Source of the DNA: Ruditapes philippinarum
Taxonomy: Eukaryota
DNA length: 64,000 bases
Assembly: GCF_026571515.1 (NCBI RefSeq)
Contig: NW_026862309.1
Span: forward strand, 186,001-250,000
Direction of reading: 5' to 3'
A program made the translations under genes and the position numbers. How positions within the stretch are numbered: position 1 is the first letter of the stretch; each line of letters opens with the position of its first letter. Positions 1 to 14,370 of the stretch are shown here, one piece after another. The notes below the pieces were generated by a model that saw nothing but the letters and a program-made list of their open reading frames with translations, was not told the origin of the DNA and did not search any database.

Positions 1-1354
1 AAACTATTTCACAGAAATGATCACCATATGAGACGACGTGTCGCGCGCAAACATTTGGGTCACTACCTTGAAGGTCAAGGTCATAGCATGACCTTGCATC
101 AAAATCGTGTCCGGTCCATAACTCTTTATTTGAAGTCGGATTTTAAAACTATTTCACAGAAATGATCACCATATTTAAGACTTCGTGTTGCGCCCAACAT
201 TTGGGTCGCTACTTTGAAGGTCAAGTCACAGCATGACCTTGCAGCAAAATCCTGTCCAGCCCATAACTTCGTTATTTGAAGTCAGATTTAAAACTATTCA
301 CAGAAATGATCACCATATTAAGACAACGTGTCGCGCCAACATTTGGGTCGCTACCTTGAAGGTCAAGGTCACAGCATGACCTTGCATCAAAATCGTGTCC
401 GGTCCATAACTTCTTTATTTGAAGGGTCGGATTTTTAAAACTATTTCACAGAAATGATCACCATATTTGAGACGACGTGTCGCGCGCAACATTTGGGTCA
501 CTACCTTGAAGGTCAAGGTCACAGCATGACCTTGCATCAAAATCGTGTCCGGTCCATAACTTCTTTATTTGAAGTCGGATTTTTTAAAACTATTTCACAG
601 AAATGATCACCATATTAAGACTACGTGTTGCGCCCAACATTTGGGTCGCTACTTTGAAGGTCAAGGTCACAGCATGACCTTGCAGCAAAATCCTGTCCAG
701 CCATAACTTCGTTATTTGAAGTCAGATTTTAAAACTATTTCACAGAAATGATCAACCATAATTAAGACAACGTGTTGTGCCCAACGGCATTTGGGTCGCT
801 ACTTTGAAGGTCAACAAGGTCACAGCATGACCTTGCAGCAAAATCTTGTCCGGCCCATAACTTTGTTATTTGAATTTAGATTTTAAAAAATATTTTACAG
901 AAATGATCACAATATTGAGAATGACGTGTCTTCGCGCGCCAACATTTGGGTCGCTATCTTGAAGGTCAAGGTCACATGACCTTGCAGCAAAATCGTGTTC
1001 GGCCAGTAACTTCGTTCCTTGAAGTCGGATTTAACAACTATTTCACAGGGATGATCACCATATTGAAATCGACGTGTCACATGCAACATTTGGGTCGCTA
1101 CCTTGAAAGGTCAAGGTCGCAGCATGACCTGCAGCAAAATCATGTCTAGCCCATAACTTCCTTATTTGAAGTCTGATTTTTACAACTATTTCACAGAAAT
1201 GATCACCATATTGAGACAATGTGTCGTGCACAACATTTGGGTTGTTTTTACACTTTGAACTTTGCCTGTGACATAACTCTGACACTAAAAGAGGTATACC
1301 TACCTGTGTCCAAAACCTATTCGGGGAGCATCACCCGGTTCAACCGGCTCTTGT
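1..1354 (+). mobile_element. Non-autonomous Helentron/HINE-like element carrying about 8 tandem ~148-bp repeats (5' end outside window)
   Basis: Monomer marked by GAAATGATCACCATAT recurs about every 148 bp from 14 to about 1196. Ends in a short hairpin (CCGGTTCAACCGG) plus CTTGTT, like the three similar elements later in the window. Confidence 0.7.
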
Positions 1355-2052
1355 TTTGTTATGTCAACAGCCGAGTCTCTTTCCATAACCTAATTTTAGG
1401 CAATTTTTCGTTGTTCGTCTACACTATCAAGTTAGCCCAAACTTTTTACTAAACGCTTGTCGATACATGTTTTGTTTTTTCTTCAGAGATTTGGTAGAAA
1501 CATTCTGCTTTGATTACCCGACGGCTGATGTTTGCAAGATTTTTGATACAACAAGTTCGTCATCTTTACCAGCCTCTGTTTTATCAACAACCCTTGTGTC
1601 TGTGTTTATATCGCGTGTTATATTTATAGAATAGCCCGTGCAAAGTGAAAGACATGATGAAATGAAATAAAATAATAATATATCACCCATACAGTCTGAT
1701 TAAAGTTCAGATCTACTTATTTCTTACTACCTGATGCGTAGCGTTATTTAGAGACTGATTTTAATCGGATTGATCACCCATATGAACATATACATGAAAT
1801 GTTAACTAGACTTTCTAATGATTTAATACAAGCTCTCCGTGATACTTCATTTTTTCTTAATTATGAGTAAAAATGTCCTCTTGGCAAAATATCTTGGAAT
1901 TTTAGTCTTTAGTATATGGACTTTTTAAGAAACAAAAAAAAATTTTTAAAAAAAAACATGATGATAGATGTGATATTGTCATTGTTTTTTAAATATTATT
2001 CGTAAAAAACATTATCATTTGATCGTGTTAATTATGATAATGTACAAAAAAG

Positions 2053-5000
2053 TCAGTTGGTTCACTCCAAAATTTCATTTTACCATGAAGTGTGTGTATT
2101 CTCACCAGGACGCCAATATGCTACTCGGAAACTTTGGCTGAAATAAAAGGAACGATTGTTTTACCAACAGCAAAACAGGATTAAATCAATTTCAACTTGA
2201 AAAAAATCCACAGAGTTAACTATTAAACTATATATTTAAAACATTTTTGACACGATCTTTCTGTTGGAAAAGGAATGTATTCTTTCCAAAATTATTCAAA
2301 ATAATCACGCTATTATACATGTGTTTTAACAAATTTGTGCATTTAAACGAAAATAACAAACAAGTCTACTTATTTGTAATTTAATGGCACTTACACTTTA
2401 AAAGAAGCTGGTGCCTTAGGCAAGAAAAAACCCTCCACTCTTTTTATAAACAACACCGTCCCCTTTCATTTGGGAATCTTCCAAGAATCTAAGTAGAAAA
2501 AGCTATATGCAATAAAAGAGTTTTTAGTGGAAAACTTCAATAAAAAGCCCGAGGTGGGGAACCGCCCTGAAAGAACCTTTTTTTTCTTTTTATCAAAGAA
2601 TGACTCGTTTAAGCATTTCTAAAAATAATTCACACAAAAAGTGTTAATTATTTTATAAATCGACGTTCAAAACATTAAATACATCAATCTTTCCAAGTTT
2701 ATACAAAAGGTATTATAGGGGGGAAAAAAATAACTTTTTGGTGGAAAATGAAAAAAGATTTTTTTGCTTTTTTTATTTTTTGGTTGCTAATTTGTTACGC
2801 TTACAAATCCAGATAAAAAGTATACTTTACTTGAGAATTTATCAATAAAGTTATAATAAGTGGTAATTAGCATTTTAAGTTAATAAACAGCTTTAACAAA
2901 ACATACTTAGCAACCATTTCTTCTCCCTTTGGCCCCAGGTAAGATAATGCCAAGTGGAGACCATCTTTGCCAGGCATTTTATCAAGAACATCGTTAAGGA
3001 CTGTTGGTTTCTGGAGGTCATACATTGTTCCTGATACATTAGATATCGTTCCTGAAACAAATTCCCAAAAATAACATAATTTTCTCATTATCCTGTGACA
3101 AACCTGACCAATGCCAAAATGAATGTTAAATGCGTTTCATCTTTAAAGTTCTTGTAAAGATTTAAACATATATATTATAGTTTATAAAAGATATAGTGGC
3201 ATCAATTAACTATATAAGCAATATATACAATAACTTTAAAAGTGTGTGTTGTTTGTAAAACCTACCTGTTGGTATAAATTTTTCATTGAATTCCAGATAT
3301 TGAGATGCATTCATGTTCACTACATGATCACCAATATATCCACCATCCTGTAATACATTTAATAATTTCTGTAGTTTGTAAAGTTTTAATCACTAAAAAA
3401 ACTTTTTTTTTAAATGGGGAACATGTTTCTCTCAAGAAAATTGCAAAAACTAGCGATGAACCATATACTTAAAAAAATTGTTGCTTATTGTTTTATAAAA
3501 AAATATTTTCCATTGGTTTAACTAGCCTTATTCCAGCTTAGATTTTAAATCCTTTTTCATCCAACGTTACTTAAATATCATGCCAGACTTTATAAAGATA
3601 AGCACGGTGCCTATACCCATTGACATTTAATGATTAAAAACCCAAAATACTAAAACGGTCTAGATTTTATTTGTTCTACCATAACAAATTTTTCTTTTTT
3701 ATATATAGATTGAAGAAGTGTCGAGTCCGTCAAAAGTTCTAGTGAGGAACCCTTATCATGTTCTAACCTAAACTAAAAGTGAAAGTATGTTGTTCAAACA
3801 TTACGGTTTCACTTTCTGTAAAAGAAATACATTTTTGTTTAAATTTACAATTTATCCAATTAAATATAAGGAACAATTAAAAAAGGTAACTGAAGAAAAC
3901 AAAAACAAACAAAAAACAGACAAACAAACTCTGGGTGTATTAATTGTATTGTTTTTGTTTTTTTTGCCCCGCGCAAATCACAAAAAGCCACTGACCAGTG
4001 AATACAGTATTAAACATTTTCAGAATAGGTATTGTTTTTTTAGAAATAAACAATTAAGGATTATTTCACTTATCATACAGCATCGTTTGTATCATTTCAA
4101 TGAGGATGTCGATAATTAATATTTTTAATCTTACAATGTCGGAAAGGTTTTTAACCATGAAATGGTTTGATATATCTACAGAGGTGTGGGCTTGTTAGTT
4201 GTTGCCTTGTATCAATCATGAGACCGGGACTCTTCAGTTAGTTCATACGTCACGGTGATAGTTTACATCTCCAAAGGAAAAATCACCTCCGAACAATCCG
4301 TGTTTCAACGTACTGGAGGCGGGTTTTTTGTACCGTCTTATTGTCCCAATCAAAGTATCTCTTTGAATTTTAAAATAATTACACAATGCATATGCTATGA
4401 TGAGTTGAAGGTTATTTCTGTACTTATCCTAATGGGTTTCAAATCAAAGAAAATGATGCAATATCTTGATTTATCACACACCCGTGACGATTTTGCGACT
4501 CCGTAAATATGGTATTGCACGGCCGTCAATTTAAACGGTCTTTATTTTGGGTATGTGATAAATATAATATTAAATTCATGTAAGTTCCATACTGAATTTA
4601 TTGCACTCGTTGAATAAAATAGTATTATGCTCGCCAGAGGCTCGCATATTATAATTTTATTCAACTCGTGCAATAAATTCAGTATTGAACTTACACTCAT
4701 TCAATATACTCTATTTAAAACAAAATTTTTAGTCTGTATATGAGTGTTCTGTATTACAATACCGTTAGTCAGTTTTTTTATAATAAACTATCTCCGGAAT
4801 TAAGAATATTTGCGGTTTTCCCAGCTACTAGGGTTTTCCCAGCTACTAGACTAATGAATCGCATGTTTAATGCTACTAATGTCATTTCTTTATTCACAAA
4901 AAAATTCATATAAATTAAAATCAAGTGTTCCCTCTTAGCTCCACAGTCAAAGCATTGGAGAAGTAATTTCCTCTTGAACATTGGGTTTAATGGTCATTTG

Positions 5001-6135
5001 TCAAAATTGAGGTGAGATTAATAGTTGGTCGTTTGTGTAGAAATTGGTAATTACGGATAAGTTATCCAGGACAGCCAGTTAGGTTGGTCGGCCGCCGAGA
5101 TCGATATGTCCAAAATATTTTTTTGTTTCAAAACTGGCGTATAAACCAGGAAAAAAACAAGCAAAGAAATGAAATCATGCAAATATATTTCACAAACCCT
5201 TGTTAGACCTGTGAAACCCCCATGACACATATTGTTTCCTAGCGGATCATTCTTTGAAACATCATACTTAGTACCGTCAAGTTCAAATGTCGCACCATCT
5301 ATACGGTTAGCTACTCTACCACATATGGCGCCCATAAATGCTGGATTCGTTTCGTATCCTAAAATTTGAATTTGTGTAAAGTACATTTTTTAATGATGAA
5401 TAGAATACAAAGTGTTATTTTCATACTGATTTTGACTAAGAACGATTATGTAGCTTACTATATATATATACTAGTATTTTGCATGCATACTTAACTTCAT
5501 CTAGAGTATCAGCATCTGGATATGAGGCTATTCCTTGCCATTTTAATGTTCAAGCATAAAAGATAAAAGATCTTGATAACGCATCAATATAATATTATTA
5601 TTATTATTATTCTAATGGCATTCTTAAATTATTTTTCTTAGATAGATCTAAAGTTGTGATGCAAGTAGCTCAAAGTTGTTGGAGACGGGTGACCAAATTT
5701 GGACAATTGATAAATACAAGCAACTAAATACTTCACCATCAAAGTTGTCATATCCAAGGCATACATCTACTACTTTTCCATTTCTATCTGGTACCAATAT
5801 ATCTTTTAACTACACGCCAAAGTTAAGAATATTCACTGATATTTTTCCTGCTTTCAATGTGAACCTGTAAAGAATCAACACGCCTGTAAAATCTTGCTAA
5901 CAGGCATATATGATATGTGTATGAACTATCGCTATTTACATATTATATTTAACTACTTACAATTAAATTATATGTTATATTTATGTAAAGTCTATACAAT
6001 ATTTTTATGCTATGTAAACTGAAAGCACGCATGAATAGTTAAATAGGTTGAATAGTCTGACTCACTTGTAAACATCTTTTCCATCTTTTCTGTCGTTCCA
6101 AATTTCTCTTTAACAATATCGTGTGCAGATGACAT
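2053..6135 (-). pseudogene. GALM: Aldose 1-epimerase (galactose mutarotase)-like copy 1, 8 exons, frameshifted as assembled
   Basis: Collinear with copy 2 (ATG at 6135, TGA at 2053-2055). Exon 3 is clean (GAICGRVANRIDGATF...CHGG), but exons 1, 2, 4, 6, 7 and 8 have 1-2 nt indels, many in homopolymers. Either a pseudogene or consensus error. Confidence 0.7.
4579..4695. repeat. Long palindrome inside a ~240-bp insertion (about 4471-4713) in intron 3 of GALM copy 1; probable foldback/Crypton-like MITE
   Basis: TGTAAGTTCCATACTGAATTTATTGCACTCGTTGAATAAAAT pairs with ATTTTATTCAACTCGTGCAATAAATTCAGTATTGAACTTACA. Absent from the matching intron of copy 2. Confidence 0.65.
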
Positions 6136-6725
6136 AGTGACAGTAATTTTTAACGGTTAACCTTCAAATCCTCCCGCATGCGTTTGTTTAAATTGTAAAA
6201 CTAGTTTATCTTAATGGGGAGAAAAATAACGGTATCTTATCAGAGAGTTCATTGTCGGTCTGCTTCGGTCAGGTAAATGTCGATTATCAAATACATACAC
6301 TCTGTAATTGTAGACTTGATACAACATGTCAAACCATTACTTGATATATAAAGATGATTAGTGAATAACTATAAAGAATAAATAAATTGTTTTGCTTACC
6401 CTACTTTTAAAGTTATAAAACTAGTTTTGTCAATTCATTTAAGTATGTAAATATTGTCGTTATGAAATGTGGTCAGCCATGTATTCGCCTGTCTAAAATG
6501 AAACATCCATAAAGTACTGAACGATTCTAACTGAGATGAAGTTGAAAAGATTCCTAAGTAAACTTTAAAAAGACGTTTAATTTAGAATTCCCCGTCAAGT
6601 AAAATTTAAACCTTTTTTAAATTAAAAAAACATTGCCAAAACTCCGTTTCCAATTTTTTCATTGGACCTTCCCAAAATGGTTGGCAAACGACCCTAGATA
6701 GAAAGCTACTGAAATTTAAAATTTT

Positions 6726-8160
6726 CAGCCAATTGTTAAAAAACGATGGTTAAAAAATTTTCCACGGTTAGTTAAATTTCCGCCCGGGATATATTGTGGT
6801 TAGGTTAAACCGGGGCGGTTTTTTTCCCTTTGTTTTAAAAAAATTTTAAACCCCCAAAAGGTTTCCTAACCAGCAAAACTGAAAAATTTAAACCCTGGGA
6901 ATAAATTAAACCCAAAGATTGCACCAGGGGTGTGGTAATTTTGCGGGCCCAAATTTAGACCCTTCGTTTTTCTTGTTGAATAGTGCTTTTTTTATTGTCC
7001 CCTGCTTGACTTTTATATTATGAATTAAATTCTTTTGCTTTATTTACTGCTAGATAATGATGAGATGGAACAAAAATGATTAAATTCTAATTTATTTTAT
7101 CATTGGCCTAAAATGTGAAAAGATATACCGCGGGAAATTTAAAAAACAAACAATTAAGCCATACTGTAGGCCTACATTATTTAAATAAATAAAAAATATG
7201 CTGTAGATCTAGATCTACTGAACAAGTTACATAATTATTCAATACCTGTATGTCATATATGTATGTATGCTCTGCAGAGATCGTGTGCTTGTTGAACAAT
7301 AATTATGGCGAAACCTGTCTTCCATACACAAAGCTGTGATGTAATCAATATTATTGATGTCATCGTGTACAGTACACTATGACGTAGAAACTTCATTCAA
7401 GTTTACAATGTAGTTTATACATTGACTAATATAAATATAAAAAAGAGATTGTGGATAATGTTTTGATATATTACATTTATTTGTGGCTTGTCTCATAAAG
7501 GAGTGAATCCGAGGGATATTATTAATCTATACATGTACTGTAGATAGAATAAACTTTTGCAGAGACAGGTAAGATCTTTCTAAAACATGTAGACTGTACA
7601 TAGATCATAAATATGCAGTTGTTGAAATGCATTGTGATCACAAGCTGCCCGAAAATTAATGCTGTGTTTAACAATAGCTGCTTTGTCTGGTTGTCCTTGC
7701 GATTGTATTTTTACATGTGTGTCATCATAGATGCAGATGAAAAACCGCGTATTGTGTAATTAAATCCACAATGATTAAAAATAGTCGTGGTATCAGCGCT
7801 TGGTTCCGTCGTGTATTTCTTTCCAAAAGAACGGTCAAAGAAGTCTAACATGTTTTTTTAATGTTGTCTGCAGGAAATCTATATCTTTTCTGTAACTCCT
7901 TGTCTGTCAAATCAGTCAACTATCTGTCAATTCGTCCGAATTGTGGGGTTGTCTGTGCTTACACGTAAAATGTCCGCCATTTTTGTTTTGGTTACCGTGC
8001 AGTTACCAAGCTTCAGTACCTTGGTTAAATTTAACCGTGGTTAAAGCGCGGTTACTGCTTTTGATGTTTTTTATACAATCGCTTACCGCGAGGTTACCGG
8101 GCTGGTCACCGTAACTGTGTGGTAACCGCGCGGTTAAATTGTTTATACAATTGGCTGCTG
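6726..8160 (-). mobile_element. Degenerate, internally deleted PIF/Harbinger DNA transposon
   Basis: Imperfect TIRs (CAGCCAATTGT.. / ..ACAATTGGCTG). Minus-strand relic peptides LTDKELQKRYRF, LERNTRRNQAL and CIYDDTHVKIQ...HSINFRAACDH resemble HARBI1-type transposase motifs. Confidence 0.65.
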
Positions 8161-8371
8161 AGTGTTTATAATGACATCACGGATAAGCTATATTATAAAT
8201 CTATTTAGTCATGACTTTTTTCAAACCCTTATCATTGACATACATATATACGTGCATATATGCACTACATTTGCATTAAACATGTCTGATTCGAGAGAGA
8301 TAAATAAAAAAAAAAATTTATTAAACAGTCTGTTGTAAGAAGGATACACATATAACTTATGTGTCCAATAG

Positions 8372-11300
8372 GAACAGAACAGATCAGAACATATCTTTTA
8401 TTAGATTTTAGATTTAAACATAGTTTATCATCTATACATGCATTACATTGAATATAAAGGTCATGTCAAATAAATAATAAAATTAATATGAATATAAATA
8501 TTATTTACGTAAATGAAGGTATGTGTTGACAAGCAAATTAATTAACTCATTAAACAGTCGGCAATAAATTTAAATATAAAGTTTATGATAAGTCACTTTG
8601 TCGTAGCATATTCTCTCGAATTTTAAGTGCTCATTTGATGAACATCACCAAATTTGTCATTGTCTTGTGATTCACAGATCTTAGCTAGCAGTTCAATTAG
8701 CTTAAACATACTTGGTCGAAGTGTAAAATATTCATTAATATATCGTTTTCTAATGACTCTGTATCTCGCACATTTAAGCTTAAAGTGATATTCGTCCTCT
8801 ATCTCGCCATTTTCACAAATTTGACACAGTCTATATTCCCTGTCTATTCTATTATTTCCATAACGCCCGGTTTCTATGCGTAAACAGTGCGCAGATGTTC
8901 TCATTCGTGTTATGAAAAGTCTCTATGATTTGTTCAACAAGTCAGTCTAAATAATTAAGGTTCATATTCGAAATTCTCTTAAACATGTTTATATACCAAT
9001 AATACAGGTTTGCTATCAATATCACTTCTCCATTCCTGAAGTAAACAGTCAATCACTCTTTAATCAAACTTGTACCGTCAATAATACTGTCCTGTATTTC
9101 CCAAAGATATCCATATCCATAGTTTTCTAATAAAACTTTTAACTTATATGCCCAGTTCTTTTTACCATGAATAGCATCATTTAACAGCTCCTAATAAACG
9201 TTTTTAATGATACAATTATTGGAATTTAAAACTTTAATCAAGAACTTGAATATCTTAACAAAACGATTTATATAAAGCGGATAGCGCCCTAGCTCTCCAT
9301 ATACAGACACATTACTTACTGACATTTTAACATTAAGAAGTCTTTTACAAAACTTTAACTGCACTCGTTCAATTTCTTTAGCTTTTGAATTACCCCACAC
9401 TTCTGCTGCATAACTTAGTATAGATGTTACAAATGAATCAAACAGCTGACATTGAACTTTTAGAGTAAAATCAAATTCACGGATATTATAGTTTAACAAA
9501 TTCATAGCTTTCATTGCTTTACCAATTAACAATTGTTGATTGCAGTTAAAATTACCATTTGAACCAAATACAGTTCCAAGATAATTAAATGTATCTACAA
9601 TATCCAACGTTTTCCCGTCATACTCCCATTTCTCATCGTCTCTCAATGCACCTTTACGTCTAAATACCATTTTGTTTTCTCTTCATTAATCTTTAAACCC
9701 CAACGATCACAATAAATTCGTAGATTGTCTAAATCGCCATATTAAAGCAGAAAGGTACCAAGTGACATTTTTATGTTTTCGAGCAAATCGCGTTTAAAGA
9801 TTTGAAGTTCCATATCAAATCAGGTTTTTACAACATGGCAAAGAAACTTTATATTTAGATAATATTTGAATGTACATGCTCAAAAAGTTGGAAAGCTTAT
9901 ATATTACTAATAAGTGATAATTAATCAATTAAAGGAAATGGTTCCTTTTTGCACTAATAAATATTTTGACCGACAAGTGCAAGAAGGTACCATATGATCG
10001 CTTTTTGCATTGTATTATTTTTAACGTTTGCTGTCGAATATATCAAAAAAGGTACCATAATTATGGCAGTTGGCACCTTTTTGTCCCAACAATATTAACA
10101 AAAAGCATCATTTGTTTACAGTTTTATTCTACAATGATGCAAATAAAAATATTAAATTCTTGTGTTTTCAGTAAATGTCTGATACAACTATCACACTGCA
10201 TGTTTTGAAAGTCTTCCTCTGTGATAAATCTCAATGCATATGTCAAAATCTCTTACATTGTTAGTCAAAATCAGAATCATTCTCATCCGATTCCATCGTG
10301 ACATAACCCTTTTCTTTCCTGTATGTTGGCTAAGTGGCATTATAATTATGGAACTCTTTTGGGATAATTTCCTTTGCACACAAAGTAACCAAGTCATTTT
10401 TCTTTTGAAAAGAAACTGGCGGTTTGGTATCATAACTTCATATCTTGTTCACCATTTGTCCACTGATACTTTCTTTCTGTCTAGATTCTGTATTCTGAAC
10501 TTCTATTTCCATAAAATCTTCAGCATTGAAGCTGTAATTTACAAATACTGACTTTGGGTTATCCTTTGGTACCTGTATCCATTTCACATGTAGCCGGTTT
10601 ACTCTTTGTCCGTCAATGGATGTTTAGAGTCTCGGACACTGTTTTAATGAAGTATTTGAAATCAAAAACATGGTTATATTTCATTTCCACATCAATGTAT
10701 AGCTGTGATTTTCTGGCCAGTGATATAAGAGAACACAACTGAATGAAACATAATTATACAGGAATTATTTTCTTTGCCCCTTCAAGAGTCAAATTGTCAC
10801 TCAATCTGTGAGTGACCCGATACAAGAAATTTGTGATGATCAATCTTAAACTTGGAACTTGTGATAATATAAAAGAAGAGGCGCAGCTATGAACCAATTT
10901 CTGTTTTGTCCCCCGTATGAATCTGAAAAATATATTACTTATTTGACATTACCACTCTGGCAGGAAGCTATTTCACATGCCTCTCTTTGCAGTTGGTTTT
11001 ATCCCATACATGACATACAACATTTTTGTCTCATAAGGAATATACTGTCAAGTTGTGTAGCAACAGAGTTTTATTGAATAGTAAAGCTCACTCACTAATG
11101 AGCAAGGGGTTGGTACAACGGCCTTGAGATCAAAACATGCAACATAAACGCATGTGTCACCTTTTGCCCCAACTTTATTTTTAACCTTTTCTTCTTGTGA
11201 ATTTTCTTTCTGTTTTTGATGTTCAATATATTGTTCCTTGATCGTGCCATCTAGTGTGCCTACTGCCTTCCTATACGTATGTTGCTTAACAGATTTTATT

Positions 11301-13160
11301 TCCTTTTTTGACTGTCAATAGTTTACAGTTTCAACATCTTTTTAATGTTTAAGTCATAGTCATGAGATAGGTATTGTTTCTTTCAGTTTTTTTCTTGTAT
11401 AATGAGATTTCATTTTAGGAAATTACTCTATGCTGTTTCACCAATTAAACTGTATCATAATCTAGTTTATTTGTAGATGTACGCTTCCCTATCATACTTC
11501 TCCTTCCATATATCCCATGTATCTTGTTGGCAAGAGTATAGTCAATTACTTTTCTTTTTACGTCTACGTTTTTGTGAAGAAGTCATTTATACACTATCAC
11601 TATCTTCACATTGTTATCATTCCTCAATTTAAAACAGAAACAATACTCTGGGATATATTGTTATATTTGGTGTCCTTATCAACATCTAGATTGTGTATTC
11701 ATTAAAAAGCTAAAAGGTACCAAGCAAACAATTTAATATATAAAATAATCTTAAGGGTCGTAAATTCTTTGTGTGCAGAAAGGGACCATATGACACATGG
11801 TTCCTTTTTGCATTAAAAGTGCTCAAAACTTATAATAGTCATTCAATGAAAAAAGGTACTTTGTGACACTTGGTACCTTTTTGCTCAAACTGGTATACAT
11901 ATGGTACCTTTTTGCATTACTAAATGGGAAAATATTTACATTGTACCTTTTTACATAACCTTATATGTCTGTAAATAAACATGATACTACAGAGATATTA
12001 CAGATTAAAGATAACATTAAAACAAAATGAAAAATGTTAAAAAGTCATTTTTGGCCAAAATGTTGCTTGGTACCTTTTGCTTTAATGGGGCGAAATGTGA
12101 CTGCAAACCCTGAACTGTTTCAGACAGTAGAATCATATCATCAGCGTATAAAAGCAATATAAGTGTCAAGTCTGCTATATTTACACTACTATCAATATTT
12201 GAACCTAAATACAATTCTAAATCTTCGATGAAAATTGACCACAGCAGTGGCGAACATATCTCTCCTTGCTTTAGACCTACCGCTACTTCAATGAATTCAG
12301 AAAACGTATTACAGTGACGAACTTGACTTTTCACGTGCTCATACATCGACCTCACTACACGTAACATTTTTCCAGAAATTCCAAGGCCATAACGCGTTCC
12401 TATAAACGCTGTCGAAACATTTGCTCATATCAAGGAACGCAGCATACAAACGAGAGCCATTTCCAAGACATTTTTGTATTAATCCGTTTAAACAAAATAT
12501 AGCATCGACTGTGGAAAACCTTTTTTAAATCCAAACTGAGCGTCGGAAATAATTTTTTTTTCAAACGCTTATTTAACACAGATGTAAACAGCTTTGCTAG
12601 GACGCTGATCAATGTTATTACACGATAATTGTTCACATCATTTTCGTTTCCTTTTTTGAATAATGGAATAATTATACCTTACGACCATTTATCCGGGCAA
12701 AAAACCGGTATCGATTATAAGATTAAAAAGATCTGTTAAATGGCCTGTTAATATATCCCCAGATTCAATGAACAATTCATTGATTAAGTTATCAGTAGAG
12801 CCTACCTTTCCACATTTTAAAGTTTTCAAAGCCGCTAAAACTTCTGTCTCTGATATAGTATTATCTAGTTCTGAGAAGATAGGATTATCCGAATTAATGC
12901 CTTCCGACGCAAACCGTTCGCTTTCAACCTCAGTTGTGATATTAATTTCATTACTCAAGTTTATAAAATACTGGTAGAAATCACTTGTTGACAAGGAATT
13001 TCCGCGCATCCCTTTGTTTTTTTAAAAAGTACTTCCAAAAGTCTCGAGGCTTTTTCTTGCGCAAACCTTCTATCTCCTTTGATTTCGTGCTTTTATAAGC
13101 TAGTTTCTTACGATTTACGAGTCGCTTATATTCCCTTTTAAAAGTTAATAACGTTAATAA
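8372..13160 (-). mobile_element. 5'-truncated, frameshifted non-LTR retrotransposon (RTE-X/CR1-group-like), interrupted by a Sola1 element
   Basis: RT fragments NYRVITLISVLAKLF, GLKQGEICSPLLW and LLYADD; FNYLGTVF; C-terminal HCLRIETGRY..C..C..EDEYHF..C motif. The 3' end has AATAAA followed by a (TGTTC)n tail at about 8372-8403. Absent from the paralogous site near 21740. Confidence 0.85.
9735..12092 (-). mobile_element. Sola1-type DNA transposon (decayed transposase) nested in the LINE
   Basis: About 38-bp imperfect TIRs CGCC...GGCG; 4-bp TSD AAAT (9731-9734 and 12093-12096); subterminal AAAAGGTACC repeats. Relic motifs FDLKAVVPTP..YY, EIASC, SDSYGGQNRN and HKFLVSGHS. Confidence 0.8.
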
Positions 13161-13394
13161 TTTACAATCCAATTTTCCTGCAACAATTGATCTCGGACAT
13201 TGAACATTACTGGTGAGTAATCAATCAAAACAACAGATCGCTTGTGATTATGTATCAAAACTATCTTAGTTGTTTCAAACATTTCACTCATCATACATAT
13301 TCTTTTATTGTTTACATTTTGGGCTAGGCTTAACGAAATGGAGTTATATATCTATTTCCACTTTCATGCAAGCTTTACCAAAGAAGATTATGAA

Positions 13395-14370
13395 CAGCTT
13401 AGACAAAGGTCAACAGACTGATGTTATAGTATTGGACACCTATCTATCTCTACAGCATTTGATAAGGTAGGTAAACTAATGTATGAACTACCCACATATA
13501 GTAGTAACTCTGAATTAGATTTATTCTATTTAACAGCTCGGTAGATCAGCAAAGGTACGGGGAACTCCCCGTACTTTCTGGTGTCCTCTGATAAATTGGT
13601 CATCTGTTCCTTTCATACATCAACGATCTTCCTAAATTAATCAAGGGTAAGGCTCTTTGTTAAGTTAACCTAGTTTACATAACCATCATTTCTTCGTCAG
13701 ATTCTTAACTCTTACTATATTATTAACTCTGAATTGGATTTATTTTATTAAACGCTCTCAAATGGTAGCGGTAGAAGGTCACCTAGCAAAGGAACTCCCC
13801 GTACTTTCTGGTGTCCTCTGGTAAATTGGTCACCTGTTCCTTTCATACATCAACGATCTTCCTAAATCAATCAATATATAAGTTCAATGTATAAGTTCAA
13901 CCTAGTTTACATAACAATCATTTCTTCGTCAGATTCTTAACTCTTACTAAATGATCTACATCAGTTAGAAGTTTGTGAGAGAATGGGGTCATGGAATTTA
14001 ATACTGTTTATTATTACCTGTCGTAAGAATGGTCCTGAATTTTGTTCTTAGTCCTTAAATATTTGTAATACAACATTAAAAACATCAGATTCTTTTGAAA
14101 TACCTTAGGAGGACCATTTAAATAGATTTAAACTGGACCCAACATATCAATTATGTAACATTCTTTGAAGCAAACAACTGCCTCCGCTATATTAAAAGAA
14201 ACATAAAAGCATCATATAAATGGGTCAATGATGCTGCAAACACAACTTATGTAAGACCACAAGTAGAATATTATTAAAAATTCGGCATCCTTGGCAAAAA
14301 CATCTTGCCTATAAAGTAGAAACTGTACAATATATAGAGCTGAAGCCATGTACATACATGTATGTCTGGA
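13395..14370 (+). mobile_element. Old CR1/L2-type LINE RT relic (copy 1), with an internal ~220-bp tandem duplication
   Basis: SLDKGQQTDVIVLD..AFDKV and YINDLP-like relics; paralogous to 22020-22780. Confidence 0.6.

Noticed and set aside
907-1285. Short ORFs in the 148-bp repeats (similarly 36837-37058, 40872-41315 and 52661-52885)
   Set aside because: Chance open frames in tandem repeats with no protein motif.
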